Of a stretch of 64,000 bases of DNA, positions 49,513 through 61,381 are shown piece after piece (within the stretch, counting starts at the first letter, position 1; the number at the start of each line of letters is the position of its first letter). The position numbers and the translations under genes are program-made. The notes under the pieces are model-generated. The model saw only the letters and a program-made list of their open reading frames with translations, did no database searches and was not told where the DNA came from. Source of the stretch: Scyliorhinus canicula (lineage: Eukaryota); the NCBI RefSeq assembly GCF_902713615.1, contig NC_052158.1, positions 36,819,729-36,883,728 on the forward strand, given 5' to 3'.

Positions 49513-50749
49513 GATTGGCCACACTAAAATTGCTCCTGAATGGAAACATAAAAAATAGAAGTAGGAGGAGACCATTCGGCCCTTCGAGCCTGCTCCGCTA
49601 TTCATTATGATCATGGCTGATCAAGTTCAATGCCCCGCTCCCTTTAGCTCAGAAGCTGATAAAAAAATATGTAAGATTTGCTCTGTTGAAACTCTTTACT
49701 ATAATTCATGGTTCTAGATTTGTTTCTACTTTTTCCCTGAGAACTTATTTCATTTATTTACCTTGCATTCATTTGACTTGTCGATAGTTCTATCTGCCAT
49801 CCTATGTATCGGTATAATGTTAGCCATTTGCTAGTCTCCTGGCACAATAGTTTTCTCTAATGAGTTACTAAATGTGTTTATCAATGTCTCTTCTCCAGTA
49901 TTTTAAAATGTTTGGATGCAATTTATGCAGGCCAGGGTTGGGGACACCATTAATTAGCCTGATGGTGCAGCGGCCATCCTACCCACCTGTTGCTGATTTC
50001 TCTTTCAGTTTTCACTGAGCCCATGTCACAAAGACACCTCCCTGAAGCCCCACAGCTAACCCTGTGAGTATGCTCACCTCAGTCCCCAGCAAATGAGCCT
50101 GTTGGATAGAGCGGTTTCTGGGTTGCAGGGAATTGTGGAATCTACATCGAAATTATTTAGCGGCTGTTGGTAAGTGTTTTATTGTAGGTTTACGGAAGAT
50201 TAACAACCCAAAATGTTTCTCCTTGACTTGCTGAGTATTTGCAGTGGAGCCGACACCTCATTCTTTGCAAGGGTATTTGATAGTTGGGGAGGGTTTAACT
50301 GGGCAAAGGTGTGGGAGCTGGCAGGTAATAATACCAGAGAGGTGTACAAAGGTGCATGTAATATTAGGAGAGACAGATATGACTAGACTAAGAAATACTG
50401 AGGCATTAGGTGCGTCCAGCACAAAGAGAAAAGTAGTAACATGTAAATTTTGGTTACTGTGCACGTATGTGAATGTGTCAAGTGTAGTAAATGAGATGGT
50501 TGAGTTGCGAGAGCAGATAGCCACATGATATTGTGACGAGAATGGAGATCTGGCTTAAAGAAGGACTGGAGTGGGTATTAAATATTCCTGGATGCAACGT
50601 GTTCAGGAAAGATAGGAAAGAAAGTGGCAAGCGTGGCAACATTGATTAATCAGAACATTGCAGAGCTGGAGAGAGATTATGTCCTGGAGGGGTCAAGACA
50701 GGATATATTTGGCTAGAGCAAAGGAACAAAAAGGTTGCAATCTCATTAC

Positions 50750-51725
50750 ATTCTTGGTTCAATTATGGACAAAAGAGCTGAATGCCAGAAGTGAGGCGAG
50801 AGTGACAGCATTTGACTGAGTATGGCATCAAGGAGTCCCAAGAAAAATTGGACTCAATAGAATAAGGGGGGAAACCCTCTACTGATTGGAGTCATATCTG
50901 GCACAAGGGACGATGGTTGTGGTGATTGGAGGTCAATCATCTCAACTCCAGGAGATCACTGCATGAGTTCCTTGGGGTAGCTCGACACCATCCAGAACAA
51001 AGTGACCTGCTTGATTGTTACCCCTCAAGCAATCATTCACTGCCTCCACCACCAATGGATAGTGGCAGTCATGTGTAACATTTACAAGATGCACTGCAGG
51101 AACTCAGCTAGGTTCCTTAAAAAGCACCTTCCAAATCCATGACCACTACCATCTAGGAGAAGAGCAGTAGATATCAGGGAACGTTATCACCTGGATTTTT
51201 CCTTCAATTCACTCACCATCCTGACGGAACCAAATAATCATCTTTATTATTGTCACAAGTAGGCTTATATTAACACTGCAATGAAGTTACTGTGAAAATC
51301 CGCGAGTCACCACACTCCAGCACCTGTTCGGGTACTTTGAGGGAGCATTCAGAATGTCCAATTCACCTAACAGCACGTCTTTCAGGACTTGTGGGAGGAA
51401 ACTGGAGCACCCAGAGGGAACCCACACAGACACAGGGAGAACGTGCAGACTATGCACAGACAGTGACCCAAGCCGGGAATCAAACCCGGATCCCTGGCGA
51501 TGTGAAGCAAGAGTGCTAACCACGGTGCTACCTGGCCGCTGTTCCTTCACTGTCGCTGGGTCAAAATTGTGGAATTCCCTGCCTTACAGCACTGTGGGTG
51601 TACCTGCACCTTGTACCACCTCTGTTCAAGAAAGGCAGCTCACCACCACCTTCTGAAGGGCAACTAGGGAGGGGCAATAAATGCTGGCCTTGACAGCGAT
51701 GCCGACATCCTGTAAGTGGTTTTTA
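50750..51725 (+). mobile_element. L2/Crack-like LINE 3' fragment with a minus-strand SINE at ~51232-51535
   Basis: Same family as 2030-3270 (ggttgtggtgattggaggtcaatc; taaatgctggcc tail). Confidence 0.65.
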
Positions 51726-52404
51726 AAATGACATAGGCCACCACCTAAGGGGAAAAATGTATAGAAAGAAGCTGAAGGCAATTGCAGAGAAGTGCAAGCA
51801 GTATAAATTAGTGATGAGGGAAAAAATTGTTGTATCGAAATTAATTTGAAATTAGTTTAAAAAAAAGTTATCTAATAAATGCGGAAGCTGTTGAACACTT
51901 CTGTATCAATTTGTATTTCACAGACAAGCTGTTTGGCTGAAGTTGTTAGCCACAGGAAGCATGTCTCAGGACACATTTCGCTGGTGATGGATAGAGAAAG
52001 GCTAAACTGCAGATGGTCTTCATGAAAAATAACAAGGTAACAATATATGGCTTTTTCAGAGATAGCAAGCTGTTTGGCATGAGACAGAGCTATCCAGAAT
52101 TGTTGATGCAGCAGACCATTTTTACATTGGAAAACAGGCTATAATTTAGAGGAATCAGACAAGCAGGTGGTTGATAGCATCCATACCTTGAGAGGAGCCA
52201 TTAAACAGCAGGTAGTATCCCGGGTGGGGGTGATTGATAGCCGCACACCAGATTTTGGACCACTGATATTAATAATTCCAAGAGAAAATACGTGTCTTTG
52301 TACTGATTCGATAGTTTAATTAAGCATGCGGACCTTTGATGTGATTGGTTAATTATTCTCCAATACTATGCATGATATAACCTTAATCGATAGTTCTAAT
52401 TGGG

Positions 52405-52730
52405 CATAGACGACTAATAGTAAAAATAATCTTTATTATTGTCAAAAGTAGGCTCACATCGACACTGCAATGAAGGTACTGTGAAAATCCCCGAGTCGCC
52501 ACACTCCAGCCCCTGTTCGGGTACAAGGGAGGAGAATGCAGAATGTCCAAATTACCCATCAGCACCTCTTTCTGGACTTGTGGGAGGAAACCGGAGGATG
52601 CAGAGGAAAGCCACACAGAGATGAGGAGAACATGTAGACTCCGAACAGGCAGTGACCCAAGCCAGGAATCAAAACTGGGACCCTGATGCTGTGATGCAAC
52701 AGTGCTAACCACTGTGCTTCCATGCCATCA
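52405..52730 (-). mobile_element. tRNA-derived SINE, (att)n-tailed subfamily
   Basis: Homologous to 10598-10945. Confidence 0.8.
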
Positions 52731-55367
52731 CCACAAGTAACAAATGTTTGGAAAATGCTAATTTCTTGTAATCGAAACTCAAGCATATCTTTCTGTGAAT
52801 CTGTGCTCCCAACTTGGAATAACACTAGCCCCTGCTGTAGCATTTTAATAAAGGCCTAGTTTTTAACTCCCAAGAGTCTTTGCCTGCCTTCTTATGAGGG
52901 GGAGAGTGAAGTATGCTTAAGTCAAATAGCTTGATACTTTTCCCCACTACAATAGTTATGGTGCACTTTAATTATCCCAATACAGTGTAAGGATTTGGAC
53001 TCTCTTGTACACCCTAGAGTAAGAAAATTCTTGTCAAGAAATATGGACCAATTTAGATTGCAAATTGCCAAGCTTTATTTGGACAATAAAGATTGATACT
53101 GAGCATCTCATTAGTTGAAGCATGGCATGATACATAATTTCAACTGTGTCAGTCTGTCTTTTCTGTGCATCCTGTCACCTCTGGGGTCTTGGTTCCTTGA
53201 ACCTGGTCGCTTGACTCATGACATCCATCTAAATTTTAGCTCAGTGAATTTAATTCAACAAACAATACAAATCCCTTTGGTGCTTTAAGACTTCATCTCC
53301 AACAGATCATTTTCCAACCCACAACTTCCCAGTCCACCAGGCTGGGTCCCATGTTCTGCTCCCTCCTCGGTCACTTCTGTGGCCGGGTCGTGAAGGAGGC
53401 CTGGTCGGGCCTCATCAGGTCGGGCCTGGTCTCCTGGTTGGGGGCCGGGTTGGGTGCTCTGGCGATTGGATTGTGCGGTCTGGGGGCTGGCGTCAGTAGC
53501 TAGGCCGGGTCAGGCCCTCTGACTTCCGGGTCTAATCGAAATCGGGTCTGATCATCAGGAATGCAGCTGGGTCGGATTGAGATGGTCAAAAGGGCCACTC
53601 AATGGGCCTCGGGAATCTTCAAACCTGCAAGGGAAGATAAAAGAGAAATGTTGGTGTTAGTGTTAGAATTAAATTTTTAAAGATTAGTACGGTTATAGGA
53701 GATGTAAAGAGGATCTGTTTGGTGAGCTCGCAGAGAGCCACCACGTTTCTGTGACATCTGGCTTGCTAGGCCATTTCAGAGGTCATTTATGTCTTTTAAG
53801 AGTTATCTGCTTTTAATGCTTTGGTACTTTGATCCTCTCCCCCCCCCCCCCCCCCCCCCCCCCCCAACCCCCCCAGCTCAAGGTTGTGTCTTCCCTCCTA
53901 ATTTCATCCAGATTATCTTTATCCCTTGCTCCAATTTCACACTGATGTACCTGCTCCCTCCCTCTAATTTTGCACTAAAGTACATGCTCCTTCCTTCCAG
54001 CTTCACACTGATACCACTCCCTCCACTTTCATAAGTACACTCCTCCATACTCCCTCCATAGGCAGCAGTGCTAACTACTGCGCCACCATGGCGCCCCTTT
54101 TTTGCCAGTTTCATGCAGGTATTCAGTCCCCTTCCGTCCTCTATTACATTGAGATGTTACTGCTGTCACTGGCTTTTGTTCTTTCCTTCCCATTTCTGTG
54201 ACTTTCTTCCTTGACATACTTTAATTGATTGAATGCCACTGGGTGCAATTCAGGGTTATCACCATACTTATGAAAACGAATGAATTTTCAGATGATGTTG
54301 CTGTGGAGCCATGCGTAGAGGAGAAGTAGCAGGAAGCATCTTTCAGGGACATCAATGGCAAGGGTAAAGGAACAGGAGTATCCATCACGGGCAATTCTCT
54401 GGACTACAGTTAAAGAGTGCACAATGGAACCTGGTCATTACAGCTCCCCACACCCGACACTTCCATTAACCGGTGGAGGATGGGAAGCTGTAGCCACCGA
54501 AGTTGGCCATTTCCCTGAATACAAAATGGAGGAACGCAAAGCATACAGGATAAAATGGACAATGTTTGCAGCCCCAGCAGGCTACACCTAGCAGGTGTGG
54601 ATTCTGCCTGCTAAGAAAGCAGACAGCACCGAAACGAATGTTCCGCATACTAATGAGGCAATAATGGGGATAATTAGTATGTTAATGGAACGATTCCAGA
54701 GACAATGGACACAATTGGGGAAGCAACTGCAACATTGTAAAGGATACCATACACTCAGGCACCAGCAAGGTTCGAAAACAAAGAGCCTGAAGGCCCGCCC
54801 AGTAGGTAAGGAACAGCCTCAGTATTGGGGGGATTCAAACATATCGATTGGGGAGAGACCCAATCGATTCCAAGCAGGAAAGGGAGTCTGCCCAAAGGGG
54901 CGTGGATCCCCTGGGACCTATAAAAGATAGGTCCCACACATGGTTCAGTTTTCTCCTCCACCCCTCCTCTCTCTTTGACTAGCACTCCTCCGTGGACCAG
55001 CACCTCGACCAGCTTTTGCCAAGAAGACCTTGAACAAGAGAGAGGAGAGGGTTCGGACAGCAGCCGCCAGCAAATAAGTGCCTCACAACGATCGCTACTA
55101 GAGATAGACACTCCTGACCCCTTTTAACTTATGCCAACCTGAAGTCTGCAGACCAGAGCAGAGCAAGAGGCCTTGTTTCCTGACCCGGCAGTTCCTTCGA
55201 GATAAGTATTAGTTTATTTAGCGGTCGGAATAAGTTTAATCCTTTTAGCATGTGTATGGGTAGTTATTATAATTGTATTATAATAAACTCAGTTGTTTGG
55301 ACTTACTAATTGGTGTATGGTTTTATTGCCTTGAACTTCACCTTGAACTTGTGGCGGTGTCTTAACG

Positions 55368-57613
55368 GGTGCTATGTCTTTTCGTCCAACGTCATTTCAT
55401 CCAACGACACTTCGTCCACGTCTTTTGGTCCAACGTCTTTTTGTCCGCCCGTCTTTTGGTCCAACGTCACTTCGTCCAATTATCCAATTACAAATTAACT
55501 CCGTATAAAACCATTCAATTGATAAAATGCAAGTACAATACAGCAAGTGAATTTAGTTGCTAAAATGCAAGTAATTGATAAAATGCAAGTAAAATGCAAG
55601 TTGAAAAATGCAGTTTAAAAATCTAAAAATGCAGTTAAAAAATCTAAAAGTTTACTAATAATTTTTTTTGTCTAAGACTTTTTGTAACTTGACTTTTTGT
55701 AACTTGTACCACTCCACTTCACTCCCCACATTAACTTTTTATGCAATAAAGGATTTTTATTACCGGTCCCTTTCCTTTAACGAGCCTCGTTAAAGGATAG
55801 TTATTATCGTTCTCTTTCCTTTAACGAGCCTCGTTAAAGGATAGATATTATCGTTCTCTTTCTTAATTCGCCCATCCCGAAATGGCAAAGTTCATTGTGT
55901 CAACGAAGAGTAAAAGGAAAGTAGCTGATGGAAATAACTATATCTACGATTTTTATTCGAGCAGTCCAAACCTAGGAAAAGAATACTGGAATTGTGAGAA
56001 AAGAAGGCTATGTTCAGTGCGGATTCACACGGTAACGGAAAACAATGAGCCGAAAATTATTTATTTCTCTAATGAGCACCTTCATCCAGCTGATGTTGAT
56101 TCGTTAAATGCTAGAAAAGCAGTTGCAGAAATAAAGCATGAAGCAGTGGAAAACATAGCAGCAAGTTCGCGTAGCATACTAGCGGCCAAGTTTATGCAGC
56201 TATCAGAAAATACCTGCTCTCAACTCCTTAGGTTGCCCGTCGTCTCAAGAAATATTCAAAGGTGCCGACAAAAAAAATTCTGGATTTCCCGCTAATCCAG
56301 CGGCTAGACACGGTTTTGAAATACCTGACAAATATTGTAGACTTCACAATGGCGAACAGTTTCTGAGATACGATTCGGGCGCCGAGGATCAACAGCGCTT
56401 ACTAGTATTCGCATCAGAAAGTGCTCTTCAGAATTTAGCATCATATCGTCATTGGGCATGCGATGGGACATTCAAGATTGTGCCACAACAGTGGTTTCAA
56501 CTGTTCTGCATTCATGTACAAGTTAAAGGAAGCAGTTTTCCACGGGTCTTTGCATTACTGCCGAATAAAAGAAAGCAGACATACGAATTATTCTTTGACC
56601 AATTGAAAATTATGCAACCTAATGCAGATCCGATTGATATCATGGCAGATTTCGAAGTTGCAGTTCACAAGGCAATTAATTCATCATTCCTTAATTCATC
56701 TGTCGTGGCATGTTTGTTTCATTTGAGCCAATCTGTGTTTCGAAAAATTACCGATTTAGGCCTCAAAGAAAAATACAATACAGACTCTGAATTCTGTCTT
56801 AAAATTCGATGTTTTTCAGCATTAGCTTTCCTCCCCGTTGAAGATGTCGAAGAGGCTTATGAAGATTTGATAGACGATGAAGAAATACCTGCTGAATTCA
56901 TCGTTTACTTCGACTTGACTTACATAGGCATTGTGAGAGGACGTGGTGCCAGACGGAGGAGTGAAACACCTACATTCCCGACAGCTGTATGGAATGTTAA
57001 TCAGCGTGTTCTACAAGATCTACCGAGAACAAATAATGCTGCTGAGGGGTTTCATTCTGCCATAAAGCGTTCGGCGGGTGGAGCTCATTTGAATATCTGG
57101 AGGTTAATCAAAACTCTGAAGGAAGAGGAAGGGTTCATAATAGACAAAAAGGCTCAAATTCTTCGGGGAGATCAGTCGACTTCATGTACGCGATATAAGA
57201 AAATAACTGAACGCCTCAAAAAATTGGTCGTTGAATATGATTCTACAACAAAAATTGATTTCTTGAGGAATGTTGCTTACAATTTACATCAATTTTAAGT
57301 AATTTTGGGAATTTGAAGTAATTAGTAAACTTTTAGATTTTTTTAACTGCATTTTTAGATTTTTAAACTGCATTTTTCAACTTTCATTTTACTTGCATTT
57401 TATCAATTACTTGCATTTTAGCAACTAAATTCACTTGCTGTATTGTACTTGCATTTTATCAATTAAATGGTTTTATACGGAGTTAATTTGTAATTGGATA
57501 ATTGGACGAAGTGACGTTGGACCAAAAGACGGGCGGACAAAAAGACGTTGGACCAAAAGACGTGGACGAAGTGTCGTTGGACGAAGTGACGTCGGACGAA
57601 AAGACGCGACACG
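55368..57613 (+). mobile_element. Mutator-superfamily (Phantom-like, FLYWCH+MULE) DNA transposon
   Basis: ~290-bp TIRs (55368-55659 / 57321-57613) with about 10 mismatches; 9-bp TSD gtcttaacg (55359-55367 / 57614-57622); transposase ORF between them. Confidence 0.92.
55882..57298 (+). pseudogene. FLYWCH-MULE transposase with one +1 frameshift in an A8 run (56270-56277); ~471 aa if repaired
   Basis: YIY..KEYWNC..C.VRIHT..H.H (FLYWCH). The shifted frame is open through HWACDGTFK, IMADFEVAV, CLFHLSQ, PRTNNAAEGFH (MULE DDE). Confidence 0.9.
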
Positions 57614-57783
57614 GTCTTAACGATACCTGGCGACTCCAGAGCTCAGTAAAGAAACAGAGCCAAATTGAGTGTTAAGCACACTCACCCAGAACGACCAACA
57701 AAGCGGTTGGAGGGGGAGGGTGTGGCTGACGATGACACAGGCTTCAGATAGGCTGAAAAAGGAGGAGGAAAGGTTGTGTGACT

Positions 57784-58460
57784 GTCTCACACGGGGAGCT
57801 GGTTTAGCTCATTGGGCTAAATAGCTGGCTTGCAAAGCAGGCCAGCAGCACGGTTCGATTCCCGTACCAGCCTCCCCGGACAGGCTCCGGAATGTGGCAA
57901 CTAGGGGCTTTTCACAGTAACTTCATTGAAGCCTACTCGTGACAATAAGCGATTTTCATTTTTCATTTCATTTCACTGGCATATTCGATGTGATTTGTGA
58001 CATTGATTTTGACAGTATGTAGTGCCAGGAAACTGCAAGGATTCAAACATGGATTTGCAGGAAAAGCAGGCAAGAATTTAGAAGATGGCAATATGTTCAA
58101 GGCGTTTGCAGGCCAATGGAAGGTTGGAGCTGGGGGTGTAGTTTGCGTGGATACAGAGATAAAGATTTTTATTTGAGGAGCGAGGTGATTACGTCATTTG
58201 GAAATGAGAGGGGAATATTACCTAAAGAAAGCTGACTGTATGGAGTTTGCACATTCTCCCCATGTCTGCGTGGGTTTCCTCCCCGAGTCCAAAGATGTGC
58301 AGGTCAGGTGGATTGGCCAGTGTAAATTCCCCATGAGTGTCCAAAATGTTAGGTGGGGTTATGAGAATAGGTGGTGGCGCAGGGCCTAGGTAGTGTACTC
58401 TTTCAGAGGGTCAGTGCAGACTTGATGGGCCGAATGGCCTCCTTCTGCATTGTAGAAATT
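57784..58460 (+). mobile_element. Two SINEs (~57784-57975 short subfamily; ~58225-58460 headless HE1-like)
   Basis: Family motifs as above. Confidence 0.7.
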
Positions 58461-59319
58461 GTATTATTATATGATTGAAAGACAACCATCAAGGAGACCA
58501 CATTTTGTGGTCAGATGCTCATAGGAAATAATGTCAAGGGAGCAGGAGAAGAGCCTCAAGACTGGATGAGCTTGGAGAGAGTAGGAGGGAAGATAGTACC
58601 TGTAAGTACCGCCAGCAATGTAAGGACACAGGCCTATACAAACGTTCAGCATTATGTTGCAGGAACACAGGCCTACACAACCCCCAAAACTGCAGTCAAA
58701 CTTCGAATTCCCCAACAGGGCTTTCTGAGCCCAAGGTCGCATATAGCCCCAGCATTATATTGTAATATGGTTATAGACTTGATAGGGATGTCACAGAGAA
58801 TCTATTTCCTCTCATGGAGGATTCCCAAAGAATTGGGTAGAAGCGACCTCTGTCAGTGAGTTCTCCATGTACCATTCGGAATCTGATGTGTAGGCATCCT
58901 GCATCTCAAGGTTGAGGGACTCGTCCGTCTCGCCGAGTGTCAACAGTGGGGTTACTGGGTTATGGGGATCAGTTGGAAGTCTAGGCTTAAATGGGGTGCT
59001 CTTTTCAAGTTGGAAGTCTAGGCTTAAACGGGGTGCTCTGAGGGCCGGTGTATGCTCGATGGCAGAATGGCCTCCTGCAGTGTAAATTCTGTGATTTTAT
59101 GATTCTATGATACTGAATCAGATCAAGCATGTTAGAATCAATTTTGATGGATACCATTACCTGCCACCTTTGCGAAACCCCATTCTGACTGAGTGGGGCA
59201 AGTCTTACAAGGACTTTATTTTTCTCACTGTCACAAACAGATCTTTTCAAAATCACATTTCCATGTTGTAACATTATTGGGACAATTACAGATTTATGAT
59301 GAGCGACGCTGTTCTGGTG

Positions 59320-61010
59320 TATCAGGAATTGGATTCGGATATTATTTATTGTCACGTGTACCAAGGTACTGTGAAAAATATATTTCTCTGAGCAGGTCAC
59401 CAGATCATTAAGTACATCAAAAGAAAATAAAAGAAAACAAAATACATAATAGGACAACACAAGGTACACAATGTAACTACATAACACGGGCAGCGGGGGA
59501 AACATACAAGGGTGTTGGATCAGGTCAGCCAACAAGAGGGTCGTGTAGGAGTCTGGTAACAGTGGGGAAGTGGCTGTTTTTGAGTCTGTGTGCGTTCAAA
59601 GACTTTTATATCTCTTGCCAGATGGATGATGTTGGAAGAGTGAATAAGCCGGGTGGGAAGGCTCTTTGACTTGCTCGCTTTCTCCAGGCAGCAGATGGTA
59701 TTGATGGAGTCAATGGTTGGGAGGCAGGTTTGTGTGATGGACTGGGCTGTGTTCACAACACTCCGGTTTCTTGCAGTCTTGGGCCAAGCAGTTGCCATAC
59801 CAGGCTGTGATGCAACCAGATGCTTTCTCTGGTGTATCTGTAAAAGTAGGTAAGAGTTAATGTGGACATGCCAAATTTCCTTAGTTCCCTGAGGATGTAT
59901 AGGCACTTTTGTGCTTTCTTGGTGGGTGGAGCAGGACAGATTTTTGGAGATGTCTACTCCTAGGAATTTGAAACTGCTAATCATCTCCACCTCGGCACCA
60001 TTGATGCTGACAAGGGTGTGTACAGTACTTTGTTTCCTGAAGTCAATCACCAGCTCTTTTGTTTTGCTGGCATTGAGGGATAGATTTTTGTCGCTGCATC
60101 ACTCCACTAGATTCTCTACCTCCCTACTGTATTCTGACTCATCGTTATTCGAGATCCGGCTCACTATGGTTGTATCGTCAGCAAACTTGTAGATTGAGTT
60201 GGAATCAAATTTTGCCACACAGTTGTGTGCGTTCAGGGAGCTATAGTAGGGGGTTCAGTACGCAGCTTTGCAGGGCCCCAGTATAGAGGACTATTGTGGA
60301 GCAGGTGTTGTTGTTTATTCTTACTGATATGGTCTGTGGGTCAGAAAGTCAAGGATCCAGTTGCAGAGTGGGATGCCAAGTCCTAGGTTTTGGAGCTTTG
60401 ATATGGGTTTGGCTGGGATTATGGTGTTGAAGGCGGAGGTGTAGTCAATAAATAGGATTCTAATGTGGGAGTCCTTGTTGTCGAAATGGTCTCAGGATGA
60501 ATGTAGGGTCAGGGAGATGGCACCTGTCATGGACCAGTTGCAGCGGTATGCGAATTGCAGTGGATTCTGGGAGTTTGGAGGTGCTACGCTTCAAGACCAA
60601 CCTCTCGAAGCACTTCATTATGACTGAAGTCAGGGCCACTGGTTGGTAGTCATTAAGGGCTTGTTGCCTGGTTCTTTTTTTGCACCGGTATGATTTTGGT
60701 CTTCTTGAAGTAGGTGAGAACCGTGGAGAGGGACACCTTAAAGATGTCCGTGAACACAGCTGGTCCAAGCAGGCTCTGATTGCGTGACCAGGGATCCCAT
60801 CTGGACCCGTCGCCTTTCGAGGATTCACTTTCAGGAAGGCTGATCTGACTTTGGAAACTGTGACGGTGGGTATGGGTGTGTTATGGGCTGCTGGGGCACC
60901 TGATAGTGGATCGTTGGTTTCCTGCTCAAACCGAGCATAGAGTGCATTGAGTTCATTGGGGAGGGGCACGCTGCTGGTGGAGATACTGCTCGGATTCACT
61001 TTGTAGCTTG
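59320..61010 (-). mobile_element. Rex1/Babar LINE, 5'-truncated
   Basis: ELNALYARFE..LKVNPRKATGPDGIP (60460-60999); IDFRKQ..SINGAEVEMISSFKFLG (59520-60050). Confidence 0.8.
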
Positions 61011-61381
61011 TTCATGCTAATTAACATGACTGGAAAAGAAGCTACAGAAAGTAGAACAAGGCACTAGTATTTAGGGACAAGCACACCCAGAGAGGGATTG
61101 TAGTTTTTTTCTAATTGTCGATTTAGAGGAGTGAAGATGTTGGACGCAGGTAAGACATTAATACAATTCCTCAATGTGTTCAGTTTTTGTTATCTTCACT
61201 GCTATCACAGCCACAATTTAAATGTTACTTCATACATGGTGTGTTCGCGTTCCATATAAATAGATATTCCAATTATTCCATTGGTTACTTTGAACCAAAT
61301 AATGTATGTTCTAAACATATAACCTCAGCTGAAACTCACAGTAAAATCTAGAACCTCGAGGGAGTTTAGGAACAATACATT

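Larger units (their letters stand above)
54489..57700 (+). mobile_element. Gypsy-like solo LTR (~957 bp without the insert) with a 4-bp TSD
   Basis: TG (54489)...CA (57700), flanked by aagc (54485-54488 / 57701-57704); tataaaa at ~54919, aataaa at ~55282. Confidence 0.7.

Noticed and set aside
51924-52037. Plus-strand exon-like segment (tttcacag|...aag|gtaaca)
   Set aside because: Stops in all three frames and no recognisable homology.
52986-53756. Possible solo LTR (tgtaagg...gtgaca)
   Set aside because: It has TG...CA ends but no TSD and no second copy in the window, so it cannot be supported.
56266-56283. Programmed -1 frameshift at the A8 run of the MULE transposase
   Set aside because: The downstream frame needs a +1 shift (codon starts move from 1 mod 3 to 2 mod 3), not -1. 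A single-base insertion or sequencing error is simpler.
55368-57613. Bacterial IS or contamination
   Set aside because: The 9-bp TSD and the host LTR sequence continue seamlessly on both sides, and the FLYWCH domain is eukaryotic.
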